From the IMG/VR virus record IMGVR_UViG_2718217885_000001: a DNA stretch of 34,427 nucleotides; one strand, given 5' to 3'. The notes under the pieces are model-generated. The model was not told where the DNA came from and made no database searches. It worked only from the letters and a program-made list of their open reading frames with translations. Made by a program: the position numbers and the translations under genes. Numbering within the stretch: the stretch's first letter is position 1; every line of letters starts with the position of its first letter. The stretch is from a virus (taxonomy: Duplodnaviria; Heunggongvirae; Uroviricota; Caudoviricetes). Shown piece by piece: positions 17,428-26,253 of the stretch.

Positions 17428-17973
17428 ATGAAATCGAAAGACGAAATTTTTGATGCCGTTCTTGGCAAAGAAGGCGGCTACGTCAATCACCCAGATGACA
17501 GAGGCGGTCCGACAAAATGGGGCATCACTGAAAAGGTGGCACGGGCGCACGGATACCGTGGCGATATGCGTGATTTAACGCGCGGACAGGCACTGGAAAT
17601 CCTTGAAGCTGATTACTGGTACGGACCGCGTTTTGATCAGATAGCGAAGCTGTCCCCGGATATTGCCGCAGAACTGTGTGACTCCGGAGTAAATATGGGA
17701 CCGTCTGTGGCAACCAGAATGCTTCAGCGCTGGCTGAACGCATTCAATCAGGGCGGGAAACTGTATCCCGATATGGACACGGACGGACGCACTGGCCCAC
17801 GCACGATTAACGCATTGCGTGCATATCTGGAAAAACGCGGTCGGGACGGCGAGATGGTGATGTTAACAGCACTGAACTGTACACAGGGTGAACGCTATCT
17901 GGAGCTGGCGGAAAAACGCGAAGCCAACGAATCGTTTGTCTACGGCTGGATAAAGGAACGCGTGGCAGCATGA
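17428..17973 (+). CDS. Endolysin, glycoside hydrolase family 108-type with a C-terminal peptidoglycan-binding domain
   Basis: N-terminal GH108 signature KEGGYVNHPDDRGGPTKWGIT; lysis-cassette context. Confidence 0.75.
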   Translation: MKSKDEIFDAVLGKEGGYVNHPDDRGGPTKWGITEKVARAHGYRGDMRDLTRGQALEILEADYWYGPRFDQIAKLSPDIAAELCDSGVNMGPSVATRMLQRWLNAFNQGGKLYPDMDTDGRTGPRTINALRAYLEKRGRDGEMVMLTALNCTQGERYLELAEKREANESFVYGWIKERVAA

Positions 17974-18377
17974 AGTTATGGACTTCTCTGGGCGTCGCTT
18001 TTCTTCTGATTGCCGCATGGGGAACATCCATGCGTCTGTCGTGGTCGCTGGGCCGGGAGAACGCCAGAAACGAAGCGCAGGCCAGCACCCTGAAAAGTAC
18101 CGTCGACACCCTGAATATCATCAGCACCGGGGTACAGGATATGCAGCAGGTGCTGGCGCAACTCCGCGTGGAAAATCAGCAACGCAATCAGGACGGAGAA
18201 GCCAGACGTGAACAGCTACGCAACGATATTGCAAAAGATGAATGCGCCCACGCTTTGCCTGATGCTCGTTTTACTGACAGGTTGCGCAGGCACGCAGAAC
18301 GCGCCACGGCCAGCGCCGTCAGTCCGGCTTATACCGCAGACGCTGACCATACCGGTAACGCCTCCCCCCTTCCCTGA
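17970..18377 (+). CDS. lysB: i-spanin (Rz/LysB-like inner-membrane spanin)
   Basis: ATGA overlap with the endolysin stop; N-terminal TM segment (LGVAFLLIAAWG) followed by a charged coiled-coil-like region. Confidence 0.7.
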   Translation: MKLWTSLGVAFLLIAAWGTSMRLSWSLGRENARNEAQASTLKSTVDTLNIISTGVQDMQQVLAQLRVENQQRNQDGEARREQLRNDIAKDECAHALPDARFTDRLRRHAERATASAVSPAYTADADHTGNASPLP

Positions 18378-18528
18378 CACTCCCACATGGGGAAATCTCG
18401 GTATATGGGGCGACCGCCTTCTGGATGCACTGGAAACCTGTAACGCAGATAAACGGGCCATTGAATTACTGGAACAGCGCAGGCTGCAACGACTGAACAA
18501 CGAGGACAACAACCATGCTGAAAACTGA
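18208..18528 (+). CDS. lysC: o-spanin (Rz1/LysC-like outer-membrane lipoprotein), start embedded in the +1 frame of the i-spanin
   Basis: Lipobox LLTGC|AG; proline-rich mature region; GTG at 18208 (ggagaa RBS) or ATG at 18238 possible. Confidence 0.65.
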   Translation: MNSYATILQKMNAPTLCLMLVLLTGCAGTQNAPRPAPSVRLIPQTLTIPVTPPPFPDTPTWGNLGIWGDRLLDALETCNADKRAIELLEQRRLQRLNNEDNNHAEN

Positions 18529-18982
18529 TTCCCTGCGTGAAGCCATGACCCGTTCATGCCGATGGTGTCAGGCCAACCCGGAAAAATTCACCATTTTCGT
18601 GGAGAGCGGCAACATTGAAACGACCGGAGAAACGCCCTCGTTTGTTTACCGCTATCAGATGGTGATGTTTGTCATGGATTACGCCGGGGAGCTGGACGAC
18701 CTCACGCTGCCGCTACTGGCGTGGTTATCAGAAAATCAGCCACAGTTGTTGCTCAATCCGGAGCGTAATCAGGACATCAAATTCTCCGCCGTTATCAATG
18801 ACGATGACAGCGCCGATCTCCTGTTTACGCTCCCTCTGCGGGAACGCGTTCGCATCACGCGCAGCAGTCAGGGCACGCCGCAGGCAGAACACCTGCCGGA
18901 GCCAAAACCCCGCCTGCTATCTTCCGAAGGCGACTGGTCGCATGTATTCCAGGATGTGACGTGGGGTGAAAGCGATGGATAA
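18515..18982 (+). CDS. R: Tail completion protein (P2 gpR-like)
   Basis: 155 aa, same length as P2 R; N-terminus MLKTDSLR and LPLLAWLSENQP resemble P2 R. Confidence 0.8.
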   Translation: MLKTDSLREAMTRSCRWCQANPEKFTIFVESGNIETTGETPSFVYRYQMVMFVMDYAGELDDLTLPLLAWLSENQPQLLLNPERNQDIKFSAVINDDDSADLLFTLPLRERVRITRSSQGTPQAEHLPEPKPRLLSSEGDWSHVFQDVTWGESDG

Positions 18983-19610
18983 GGCATTCACCCGCGTGGA
19001 TGAAACCTTTGAGGCCATCCGCGACAGCCTGAATCAGCAGGCCATCAATAACATCGCCAGAAAGCTGGCACAGGATTTACGCCGCGCCCAGCAGGCGCGT
19101 ATCCGGTCACAGAAAGCGCCGGACGGGACCGCGTGGACACCACGCAGACGCCGCGTAACCCGGATACAGGAACGCATTCGCTTTATCTGGAATAACGAAG
19201 CACGCACGCTGAAAAACTGGCATCACGACACGGGGAAATACGGGCGAACCATTACCGGGTGGGATGAGGATAAAAATAATATCCGCACGTTTTACCGGGA
19301 TGACATCGACCGTTTTCTGGAAATACGCACCCGGCGCATCAACCAGGACAGCACAAAGCGCGTCCCCATGTTCGTAAAACTGCGCACCGCCCGCTACCTG
19401 AAAGCCCGTGCAGATGCTTCCGGTGTGACGGTGGGTTACAGCGGCGTGGCCGCACGTATTGCACGCGTTCATCAGTTCGGTGAGCGCGATCAGGTTATGC
19501 CGGGCATTTTCACCGATTACCCGGTACGTGAGCTGCTGGGTATCAGCCAGGCAGATGAGCGCCTGATTTATAACACGGTGCTGGGCCGGATTGCGGAGGC
19601 TGTACGGTGA
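18975..19610 (+). CDS. S: Tail completion / virion morphogenesis protein (P2 gpS-like)
   Basis: ATG at 18975 overlapping the R stop; position between R and V. Confidence 0.7.
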   Translation: MDKAFTRVDETFEAIRDSLNQQAINNIARKLAQDLRRAQQARIRSQKAPDGTAWTPRRRRVTRIQERIRFIWNNEARTLKNWHHDTGKYGRTITGWDEDKNNIRTFYRDDIDRFLEIRTRRINQDSTKRVPMFVKLRTARYLKARADASGVTVGYSGVAARIARVHQFGERDQVMPGIFTDYPVRELLGISQADERLIYNTVLGRIAEAVR

Positions 19611-20188
19611 GCGCAGAACTCATGCGACTGCTGAGCAACATCATCCGCACCGGGATCATCTCTGAAGTTGATGAGAAGTCCTGGCGCGTGCGCGTTCGCA
19701 GCGGCGAACTGGAAACAGGCTGGCTGCGCTGGAACACCACGCGCGCGGGAGCCTTCAATGTGTGGCTGCCGCCATCACCAGGCGAACAGGTGGTAATAGC
19801 CTGCATTGGCGGCAACCCGGAAACCGCCATGATAATTGGCAGCCTGTGGAGTGATGCCAGTCCGGCCCCCGGCGAAAGCCTGAAAGAAATCGTGGTCAGT
19901 GCGCCGGATGGCGCGGTGTTCCGCTACGACGCGGACGCAGGCGCACTGAGCGCCAGCGGCATGAAAACAGCCACCCTGCAGGCATCCGTCAGCGTGACAC
20001 TGGATACGCCCGTCGTGGAATGCACAGACCTTCTGAGAACGGCGACGCTTGACGTCACAAAAGGGGGAAAGATGAGCGGCAATATCACGCACAGCGGCGG
20101 CAATTTCACCTCAAACGGCATCACAGTGCATACGCATAAACACGGTGGCGTTAAAGGTGGCAGCGATTCGACAGGAGGCCCGCAGTGA
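19607..20188 (+). CDS. V: Baseplate spike protein (P2 gpV-like)
   Basis: GTG start overlapping the S stop; 193 aa; position and size match P2 V. Confidence 0.8.
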   Translation: MSAELMRLLSNIIRTGIISEVDEKSWRVRVRSGELETGWLRWNTTRAGAFNVWLPPSPGEQVVIACIGGNPETAMIIGSLWSDASPAPGESLKEIVVSAPDGAVFRYDADAGALSASGMKTATLQASVSVTLDTPVVECTDLLRTATLDVTKGGKMSGNITHSGGNFTSNGITVHTHKHGGVKGGSDSTGGPQ

Positions 20189-20535
20189 CAACCCGCTACA
20201 CAGGAATGAACCCGGACGGAACGGGAAACCTGAACGATATGGAGCACCTGAAACAGTCAGTCAGGGACATCCTGACCACCCCGCTGGCCAGCCGGGTTAT
20301 GCGACGGGAATATGGCAGCCTTGTGCCTGATTTGATTGACGAACCCATGAATAACACCACGCGTCTGCAATGCATGAGTGCTGCCGTGATTGCACTGACA
20401 CGATGGGAACCCCGCATTGCCCTGGATGCCATCGATGTTGTCTGGAAAGCAGGAGGCCGCGCTGGGGTGACGCTGTCGGGCACTGTCATGCAGACCATGC
20501 AGAATGTTGAATTAACCATCACGCTGAGAGAGTAA
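20185..20535 (+). CDS. W: Baseplate wedge protein (P2 gpW / T4 gp25-like)
   Basis: GTG at 20185 with aggagg RBS; 116 aa; position after V. Confidence 0.8.
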   Translation: MTTRYTGMNPDGTGNLNDMEHLKQSVRDILTTPLASRVMRREYGSLVPDLIDEPMNNTTRLQCMSAAVIALTRWEPRIALDAIDVVWKAGGRAGVTLSGTVMQTMQNVELTITLRE

Positions 20536-20538
20536 ATC

Positions 20539-21435
20539 ATGCCTGCCGTTGACCTTTCCCAGTTACCGGAACCCGCCATCATAGCGGAGCCTGACTTTGA
20601 GGCAATTCTGGCTGACACAAAGGCCATGATGATTGCGTCCTATCCTGCCGAACAGCGTGAAGCCGTCTCCGCCGCGCTGGAGCTGGAATCGGAACCCCTG
20701 AACGTTATCGCTCAAACCATGTCTTTTCGTGAAATGCTGTTACGCCAGCGGGTTAACGAGGGGGCACGCGCCTGCATGTTAAGCCACAGCGCCGGAACAG
20801 ACCTGGACAACCTCGCGGGTAATATGAACACAAAGCGCCTGACCATCACTCCGGCAACGGATACCACCGATGCGGTGATGGAGAGTGACACCTCGCTGAG
20901 ACTGCGGGCGCAACGGGCGTACGACGGCCTGAGTGTTGCAGGCCCGTCAGGTGCATACGAGTATTTTGCCCGCAGCGCCAGCGGTCTGGTGCGTGATGCG
21001 CGGGCTATCAGTCCCTCTCCGGCAAATGTGACGGTTTCCATCCTGTCCACTGAAGGCGACGGCACAGCAACGGAGGCGTTGCTTAATACCGTTCGCGCCG
21101 TTCTGAATGCAGAGGATACCCGCCCGGTGGCCGACCGCCTGACCGTACAGAGCGCCAGAATCGTGACATGGCGGCTGAATGCAAAACTGTACTTTTACCC
21201 CGGCCCGGAATCCGAACCTATTCTGGCTGCGGCTGAATCGTCGTTCAGGAAGTGGCTGGCTGAGCAGGGGCTTATCGGTCAGGACGTGGCGTTGTCCGCC
21301 ATTGCTGCCGCACTGCATGTGCACGGTGTGCAACGCGTGGAGATAATCGAACCCACACAGAATATGGCCATCAGCGACATACAGGCGGCGCGCTGTGAGT
21401 CATTCACCATCAGCGAAGGTGGGCGTAATGAGTAA
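20539..21435 (+). CDS. J: Baseplate assembly protein J
   Basis: 298 aa; position and size match P2 J. Confidence 0.8.
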   Translation: MPAVDLSQLPEPAIIAEPDFEAILADTKAMMIASYPAEQREAVSAALELESEPLNVIAQTMSFREMLLRQRVNEGARACMLSHSAGTDLDNLAGNMNTKRLTITPATDTTDAVMESDTSLRLRAQRAYDGLSVAGPSGAYEYFARSASGLVRDARAISPSPANVTVSILSTEGDGTATEALLNTVRAVLNAEDTRPVADRLTVQSARIVTWRLNAKLYFYPGPESEPILAAAESSFRKWLAEQGLIGQDVALSAIAAALHVHGVQRVEIIEPTQNMAISDIQAARCESFTISEGGRNE

Positions 21436-22036
21436 TTCACTGTTACCACCATCAGCCAGCAATTTCATGCGTTGTGCCGAAGCCGTCGGAACACGCATTA
21501 CAGACATTCCGGTAGACCTCAACACGCTGTGGTCGCCGGACACCTGCCCGGCGCATCTGCTGCCTTATCTCGCCTGGGCGTTTTCCGTTGACCGCTGGGA
21601 TCGCAACTGGCCGGAAGAGACAAAGCGACAGGTGATTCGTGATGCATGGCTGATACACCGACACAAAGGGACCATCAGCGCACTGCGAAGAGCCGTGGAG
21701 CCTCTCGGCTACCTGATTGAAGTAAAGGAGTGGTGGCAACTCAACGAGGAGCCAGGAACATTTCGCATTGTTGTCGGAGTACTTGATCAGGGCATCACCG
21801 ATGAAATGTATCAGGAACTTGAGCGCCTTATTGCGGATGCAAAACCAGTAAGTCGCCATCTGACAGGGCTGGCGATCAGTCTGAGTGTGAACGGAAAGAT
21901 TTTCGTTGGTACGGGATGCTATCACGGCGATGCCCTGACGGTTTATCCCTACACCCCGGAGTCCATTATTGTCGAAGGGGATTATTTCCCTGCCCCGGCC
22001 ATTCATTTAATTGATAATCTGAGAGTAAACGCATGA
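21428..22036 (+). CDS. I: Baseplate assembly protein I
   Basis: ATG at 21428 overlapping the J stop; position before the tail fiber gene. Confidence 0.75.
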   Translation: MSNSLLPPSASNFMRCAEAVGTRITDIPVDLNTLWSPDTCPAHLLPYLAWAFSVDRWDRNWPEETKRQVIRDAWLIHRHKGTISALRRAVEPLGYLIEVKEWWQLNEEPGTFRIVVGVLDQGITDEMYQELERLIADAKPVSRHLTGLAISLSVNGKIFVGTGCYHGDALTVYPYTPESIIVEGDYFPAPAIHLIDNLRVNA

Positions 22037-23538
22037 CAGTGAAATACTACGCCATTCTGACTAATCAGGGCGCGGCACGACTGGCTAACGCGACGATGCT
22101 CGGCAGTAAGCTGAATCTGACGCAAATGGCCGTTGGTGATGCAAATGGTGTGTTACCAACACCAGACCCTGCACAAACAAAACTGATTAACCAGAAACGC
22201 ATTGCACCGCTGAATCTTCTGAGTGTTGACCCGAACAACCAGAACCAGATTATTGCGGAGCAAATCATCCCTGAGAACGAGGGCGGATTCTGGATACGTG
22301 AGATTGGGCTTTATGATGATGAAGGCGTACTCATTGCGGTGGCGAACTGCCCGGAAACGTACAAACCGCAGTTGCAGGAAGGCAGTGGTCGTACCCAGAC
22401 TATCCGCATGATTCTGGTTGTCACGAATACCGAAGCTATCACGCTGAAAATCGACCCGTCTGTGGTTCTGGCAACCCGCAAATATGTGGATGACAAAATC
22501 TCAGAGCACGAACAGTCACGACGCCACCCGGACGCCTCGCTGACCGCAAAAGGTTTCACTCAGTTAAGCAGTGCAATTAACAGTGAATCAGAAACACTGG
22601 CCGCAACACCGAAAGCGGTTAAGGCTGCATATGACCTGGCTAGCGGGAAATATACCGCCCAGAATGCCACCACAACACAAAAAGGGATTGTTCAGCTCAG
22701 TAGCGCCACGAACAGCACGTCTGAAACACTGGCAGCGACACCAAAAGCCGTTAAGGTGGTAATGGATGAAACAAACAAGAAAGCCCCATTAAACAGCCCG
22801 GCACTGACCGGAACGCCAACAACGCCAACAGCGCCACAGGGGACTAATAATACTCAGATCGCAAGCACGGCTTATGTTATGGCCGCGATTGCCGCGCTTG
22901 TAGACTCGTCACCTGACGCACTGAACACGCTGAACGAGCTGGCGGCGGCGCTGGGTAACGACCCGAATTTTGCGACAACCATGACTAACGCGCTTGCGGG
23001 TAAGCAACCGAAGGATGCTACCCTGACGGCGCTGGCAGGACTTGCTACAGCAGCAGATAAACTCCCTTATTTTACAGGTGCAGATCGCGCCGCGTTAACC
23101 GCACTGACAAGTGTTGGACGTGCCATTCTTAGTAAGCCCAGCACGCAGGGGGTTCTTGATTACCTTGGTTTGGGAGAAGCGGCAAAACGGGAGGTGGGGA
23201 CAGGGGAAAATCAGATACCGGACATGGCTTCTTTTGCCAGTGGTGATGGATGGATGAAATTACCCAACGGGAAAATCCTGCAATATGGTCGAGGTGCGGT
23301 TACGCCAACATTATCGACGCAAACAATGAGAATTACATTCAGCATCCCTTTTCCTAAAAAAGTGGACTGCGCCATGCTTACCCATTCTGGTGATGGTGGT
23401 GCGCCTTTAGGCGCTGGACGGGGATTCGTGATGACTGCAGAAGGTCCAACACTAACCGGTTTTAATTCCGCTTACAGAACTGCATCAACCAGCTCCACAG
23501 TATCGATGAATTACAGTTGGTGGGCTGTTGGTGAGTAA
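22033..23538 (+). CDS. H: Tail fiber protein (P2 gpH-like): constant N-terminal part plus currently expressed variable C-terminal part
   Basis: ATGA overlap with I; internal near-repeats SETLAATPKAVKAAYDLA / SETLAATPKAVKVVMDE typical of fibers; hix-like crossover site inside the gene at 23153-23178. Confidence 0.85.
   Translation: MTVKYYAILTNQGAARLANATMLGSKLNLTQMAVGDANGVLPTPDPAQTKLINQKRIAPLNLLSVDPNNQNQIIAEQIIPENEGGFWIREIGLYDDEGVLIAVANCPETYKPQLQEGSGRTQTIRMILVVTNTEAITLKIDPSVVLATRKYVDDKISEHEQSRRHPDASLTAKGFTQLSSAINSESETLAATPKAVKAAYDLASGKYTAQNATTTQKGIVQLSSATNSTSETLAATPKAVKVVMDETNKKAPLNSPALTGTPTTPTAPQGTNNTQIASTAYVMAAIAALVDSSPDALNTLNELAAALGNDPNFATTMTNALAGKQPKDATLTALAGLATAADKLPYFTGADRAALTALTSVGRAILSKPSTQGVLDYLGLGEAAKREVGTGENQIPDMASFASGDGWMKLPNGKILQYGRGAVTPTLSTQTMRITFSIPFPKKVDCAMLTHSGDGGAPLGAGRGFVMTAEGPTLTGFNSAYRTASTSSTVSMNYSWWAVGE
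23153..23178. promoter_or_regulatory. Left recombination site of the invertible tail-fiber segment (hix/gix-like, 26 bp)
   Basis: ttcttgattacc|ttggtttgggagaa; inner 14 bp is a perfect inverted repeat of 25044-25057; half-sites fit TTnTCnnAAACC. Confidence 0.75.
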
Positions 23539-23558
23539 TTTTATTCAGGGTGATTTAT

Positions 23559-24002
23559 ATGAACGAATATGTTTATAGCGCAAGGCATAATGCTTTTTTC
23601 CCTGTGGATATGATTGATAAATATAAATCAGAGGGATGGGATTTATCAGATGCAAAGGAGGTGAATCAAAATATTATCAGTGAGTTTATGGCTGAACCGC
23701 CACAAGGAAAAATCCGTATTGCCGGAGATGATGGGCTGCCTGCGTGGGCAGATATTCCTCTACCCACGCATGAAGAGCTTATTGAAATTACTGAATCAGA
23801 AAGACAGCTACTAATTAACCAGGCCAACGAATACATGAACAGTAAGCAATGGCCCGGTAAAGCCGCTATTGGTCGTCTGAAAGGTGAGGAACTGGCGCAA
23901 TATAATTTGTGGCTGGATTATCTGGATGCACTGGAGCTGGTTGATACCTCCAGTGCACCAGATATTGAATGGCCTACGCCTCCAGCAGTACAGGCCAGAT
24001 GA
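23559..24002 (+). CDS. G: Tail fiber assembly chaperone (gpG/Tfa-like), expressed orientation
   Basis: ATG at 23559 with aggg RBS; immediately downstream of H. Confidence 0.75.
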   Translation: MNEYVYSARHNAFFPVDMIDKYKSEGWDLSDAKEVNQNIISEFMAEPPQGKIRIAGDDGLPAWADIPLPTHEELIEITESERQLLINQANEYMNSKQWPGKAAIGRLKGEELAQYNLWLDYLDALELVDTSSAPDIEWPTPPAVQAR

Positions 24003-24576
24003 CCTCCGGCGCGGTGCTGGTATCTGTTGCCGTCACCGCGTCAATGTAATCCAGCACGGCGTTAAGTCGGGTTGTTTCTGCCTGCGTCAACTTCCGTCCG
24101 GCCTGCAATTTCAGTTGAATCAGACTGATGGAGGCCATCGCAGCATCAATCAGTGACTGGCGCTGTGCTTCTGCTGCTTCTACTGCGGCGTTATGCTGTG
24201 CCTCAGTATCTGTCACCCATTTCTCACCATCCCATTTATCGTATAGCGTTAACGGGGCGATAGTGGTTGTATTTTCAGGGTAATTACCCGGCACCGTGAT
24301 TTCTTTTGCTTCTCCTGTTTCGGTGCTATAGATAATTTCACCGCGATGGTCTGGCATATATTCCCATGAGTTTAAATCTACTGAACGGCAGATTGCATAA
24401 CCAGCCTTATATGTGCCAGGAGCATCTAAACAGGAATATGCCGGGATACCGACACCAACAGCAAGATATTCATTTGAAGTGGAAATATATTCCCGTGTTT
24501 CACCATCATAGTTATAGACGGTAATATTCCCCGCCTTCGTGGCAATAAGTTCGCTATTTAATACGGCTTTATCCAT
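23974..24576 (-). CDS. Alternative tail fiber assembly chaperone (Tfa'), silent orientation
   Basis: 200-aa ORF convergent with G and overlapping its 3' end; directly downstream of the alternative fiber C-terminal exon. Confidence 0.7.
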   Translation of the reverse strand: MDKAVLNSELIATKAGNITVYNYDGETREYISTSNEYLAVGVGIPAYSCLDAPGTYKAGYAICRSVDLNSWEYMPDHRGEIIYSTETGEAKEITVPGNYPENTTTIAPLTLYDKWDGEKWVTDTEAQHNAAVEAAEAQRQSLIDAAMASISLIQLKLQAGRKLTQAETTRLNAVLDYIDAVTATDTSTAPEVIWPVLLEA

Positions 24577-25097
24577 TATGCAGCTCTCACGATATAGTTA
24601 AATGCAATATTTCGTGGACGGGTTTCGCTCCCACCTGTGTTACCAATACTCCCTCGTGTATGTAGCGTTGGTGATGGAATCAGAGTTCCTCCGACATCGG
24701 CAGCATCAAGCCCCCGGCCTTGCGTATATGCTCTTCTGAAGATTGTCGCCAGTTCCCATTCCTCTTTTGAATCATACCCATCGTTGGCAACAACAATATG
24801 GCGGTGCTTCTCCAGCATCCCAGTCTGAATGCTCAATAAAGCACGTCCAGCATCAACGCCTCGTCCGTCATCCCAGCCACGAATAAACTCACCACGGAGA
24901 TCAGGTAGTTTCCCTGATGGATATGCTGTAGCAAGATGGGGATATTTAACCTTATCAAAGGCGGCGCCATTGCATTTCAACCAGCCTGTCGGCAAAGTGG
25001 CTGAAGGCCATGGAACAGGCACACCAACGGGTAATGCAGAGCCTTCTCCCAAACCAACGTTTGTGAAAATGCAGAGATAACGGGTAACTGGCATCAT
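24576..25097 (-). CDS. Alternative tail-fiber variable C-terminal exon (Hv'), promoterless in the current orientation
   Basis: Minus-strand ORF whose 5' end carries the right hix-like site; shares the junction peptide GLGE with H. Confidence 0.7.
   Translation of the reverse strand: MMPVTRYLCIFTNVGLGEGSALPVGVPVPWPSATLPTGWLKCNGAAFDKVKYPHLATAYPSGKLPDLRGEFIRGWDDGRGVDAGRALLSIQTGMLEKHRHIVVANDGYDSKEEWELATIFRRAYTQGRGLDAADVGGTLIPSPTLHTRGSIGNTGGSETRPRNIAFNYIVRAA
25044..25069. promoter_or_regulatory. Right recombination site of the invertible segment (hix/gix-like, 26 bp)
   Basis: ttctcccaaaccaa|cgtttgtgaaaa; inverted partner of 23153-23178. Confidence 0.75.
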
Positions 25098-25124
25098 CTC
25101 CGGTTTTTATTCAGGGGGATGCTC

Positions 25125-25715
25125 ATGCTTATTGGTTATGTTCGCGTATCAACAAATGACCAGAACACGGAATTGCAGCGTAACGCGCTGGAGTGCGCAG
25201 GATGTGAACTGATTTTTGAAGATAAAATCAGCGGAACGAAATCAGCCAGACCGGGATTGAAAAAACTGCTCAGAACGCTATCAGAAGGAGATACGCTGGT
25301 TGTCTGGAAGCTGGACAGGCTGGGCAGGAGTATGAAACACCTGATCACGCTTATTGAGGAATTGCGGGAAAAAGGTGTTAATTTCCGTAGCCTGACGGAC
25401 AGCATTGACACATCAACACCCATGGGGCGTTTCTTTTTTCACGTCATGGGAGCTTTAGCAGAAATGGAACGTGAATTAATTGTAGAGCGTACACTGGCCG
25501 GGCTGGCAGCAGCACGAGCACAGGGACGCATTGGCGGACGTCGCCCGAAGTTGACAAAAGAACAACATGAGCAAATAGAAAGGCTGATTAAAAACGGCCA
25601 TGACAGGAAACAACTGGCGATCATTTACGACATCGGTATATCGACGATTTATCGTTATCACCCTGTAGGCGATATACAGGCTGAAGAAACAACCGGGCAG
25701 ACTCAGGGAAAATAA
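25125..25715 (+). CDS. Serine DNA invertase of the Gin/Pin/Cin/Hin family
   Basis: N-terminus MLIGYVRVSTNDQNTELQRNAL with catalytic Ser, plus VVWKLDRLGRSMKHL and GRFFFHVMGALAEMERELI, nearly matching recalled Mu Gin; abuts the invertible segment. Confidence 0.9.
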   Translation: MLIGYVRVSTNDQNTELQRNALECAGCELIFEDKISGTKSARPGLKKLLRTLSEGDTLVVWKLDRLGRSMKHLITLIEELREKGVNFRSLTDSIDTSTPMGRFFFHVMGALAEMERELIVERTLAGLAAARAQGRIGGRRPKLTKEQHEQIERLIKNGHDRKQLAIIYDIGISTIYRYHPVGDIQAEETTGQTQGK

Positions 25716-25716
25716 A

Positions 25717-25745
25717 AAACCGCTAATCTGACCATTAGCGGTTTT
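25717..25745. terminator. Bidirectional intrinsic terminator between the convergent invertase and gpU genes
   Basis: aaaaccgctaat-ctgacc-attagcggtttt: 12-bp stem flanked by an A-run and a T-run. Confidence 0.7.
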
Positions 25746-25752
25746 GCGTTAA

Positions 25753-26247
25753 TCAAAACAGCCCTTTAACGGAGCTGGCCGCGCTGTTAAGGGATGATGT
25801 GACCTTATCTTTGAAGCCGGACAGCATATCACTGAACGATGAGGATTGCAGGCGCTCCCGCAAATCCTCATCACAGCGTTCAAGAGTCAGTGAAAATTCT
25901 ATCTTTTTCGCCTTACCGTAGCGATCAAACTCGGAACGGGTCGTATTCGTTTCAGTCAGCACATACATGCCGTAAATCTGCCCGACACCATCAATCAGAG
26001 GCCAGGGGCGTCCTGTATATGCCTGCGTGGTCAGCAACGAAAGCGACACTTCGCCACCTGTAATTTCAGGATAAAGCACGCCGGAAAGCACAATGCGATC
26101 ATCACCTGCACCGATATACTGCCAGCTTGCTGAACGGTTAACGCGTTCATTTTTCACATGCCGCCAGCTTTTGTTTTGCTGTAACTGCTGATGCGGCAAT
26201 GTGCGCAGCTCAAAAACAAACATGCCGTAGATCATCATCATGACCAT
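25753..26247 (-). CDS. U: Tail protein U
   Basis: 164 aa; recalled similarity to P2 U (MMMxxGxFVF, RSWRH, GGxxSLSxL, WPLIDGxGxIYGMYV). Confidence 0.8.
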   Translation of the reverse strand: MVMMMIYGMFVFELRTLPHQQLQQNKSWRHVKNERVNRSASWQYIGAGDDRIVLSGVLYPEITGGEVSLSLLTTQAYTGRPWPLIDGVGQIYGMYVLTETNTTRSEFDRYGKAKKIEFSLTLERCDEDLRERLQSSSFSDMLSGFKDKVTSSLNSAASSVKGLF

Positions 26248-26253
26248 GACTCC

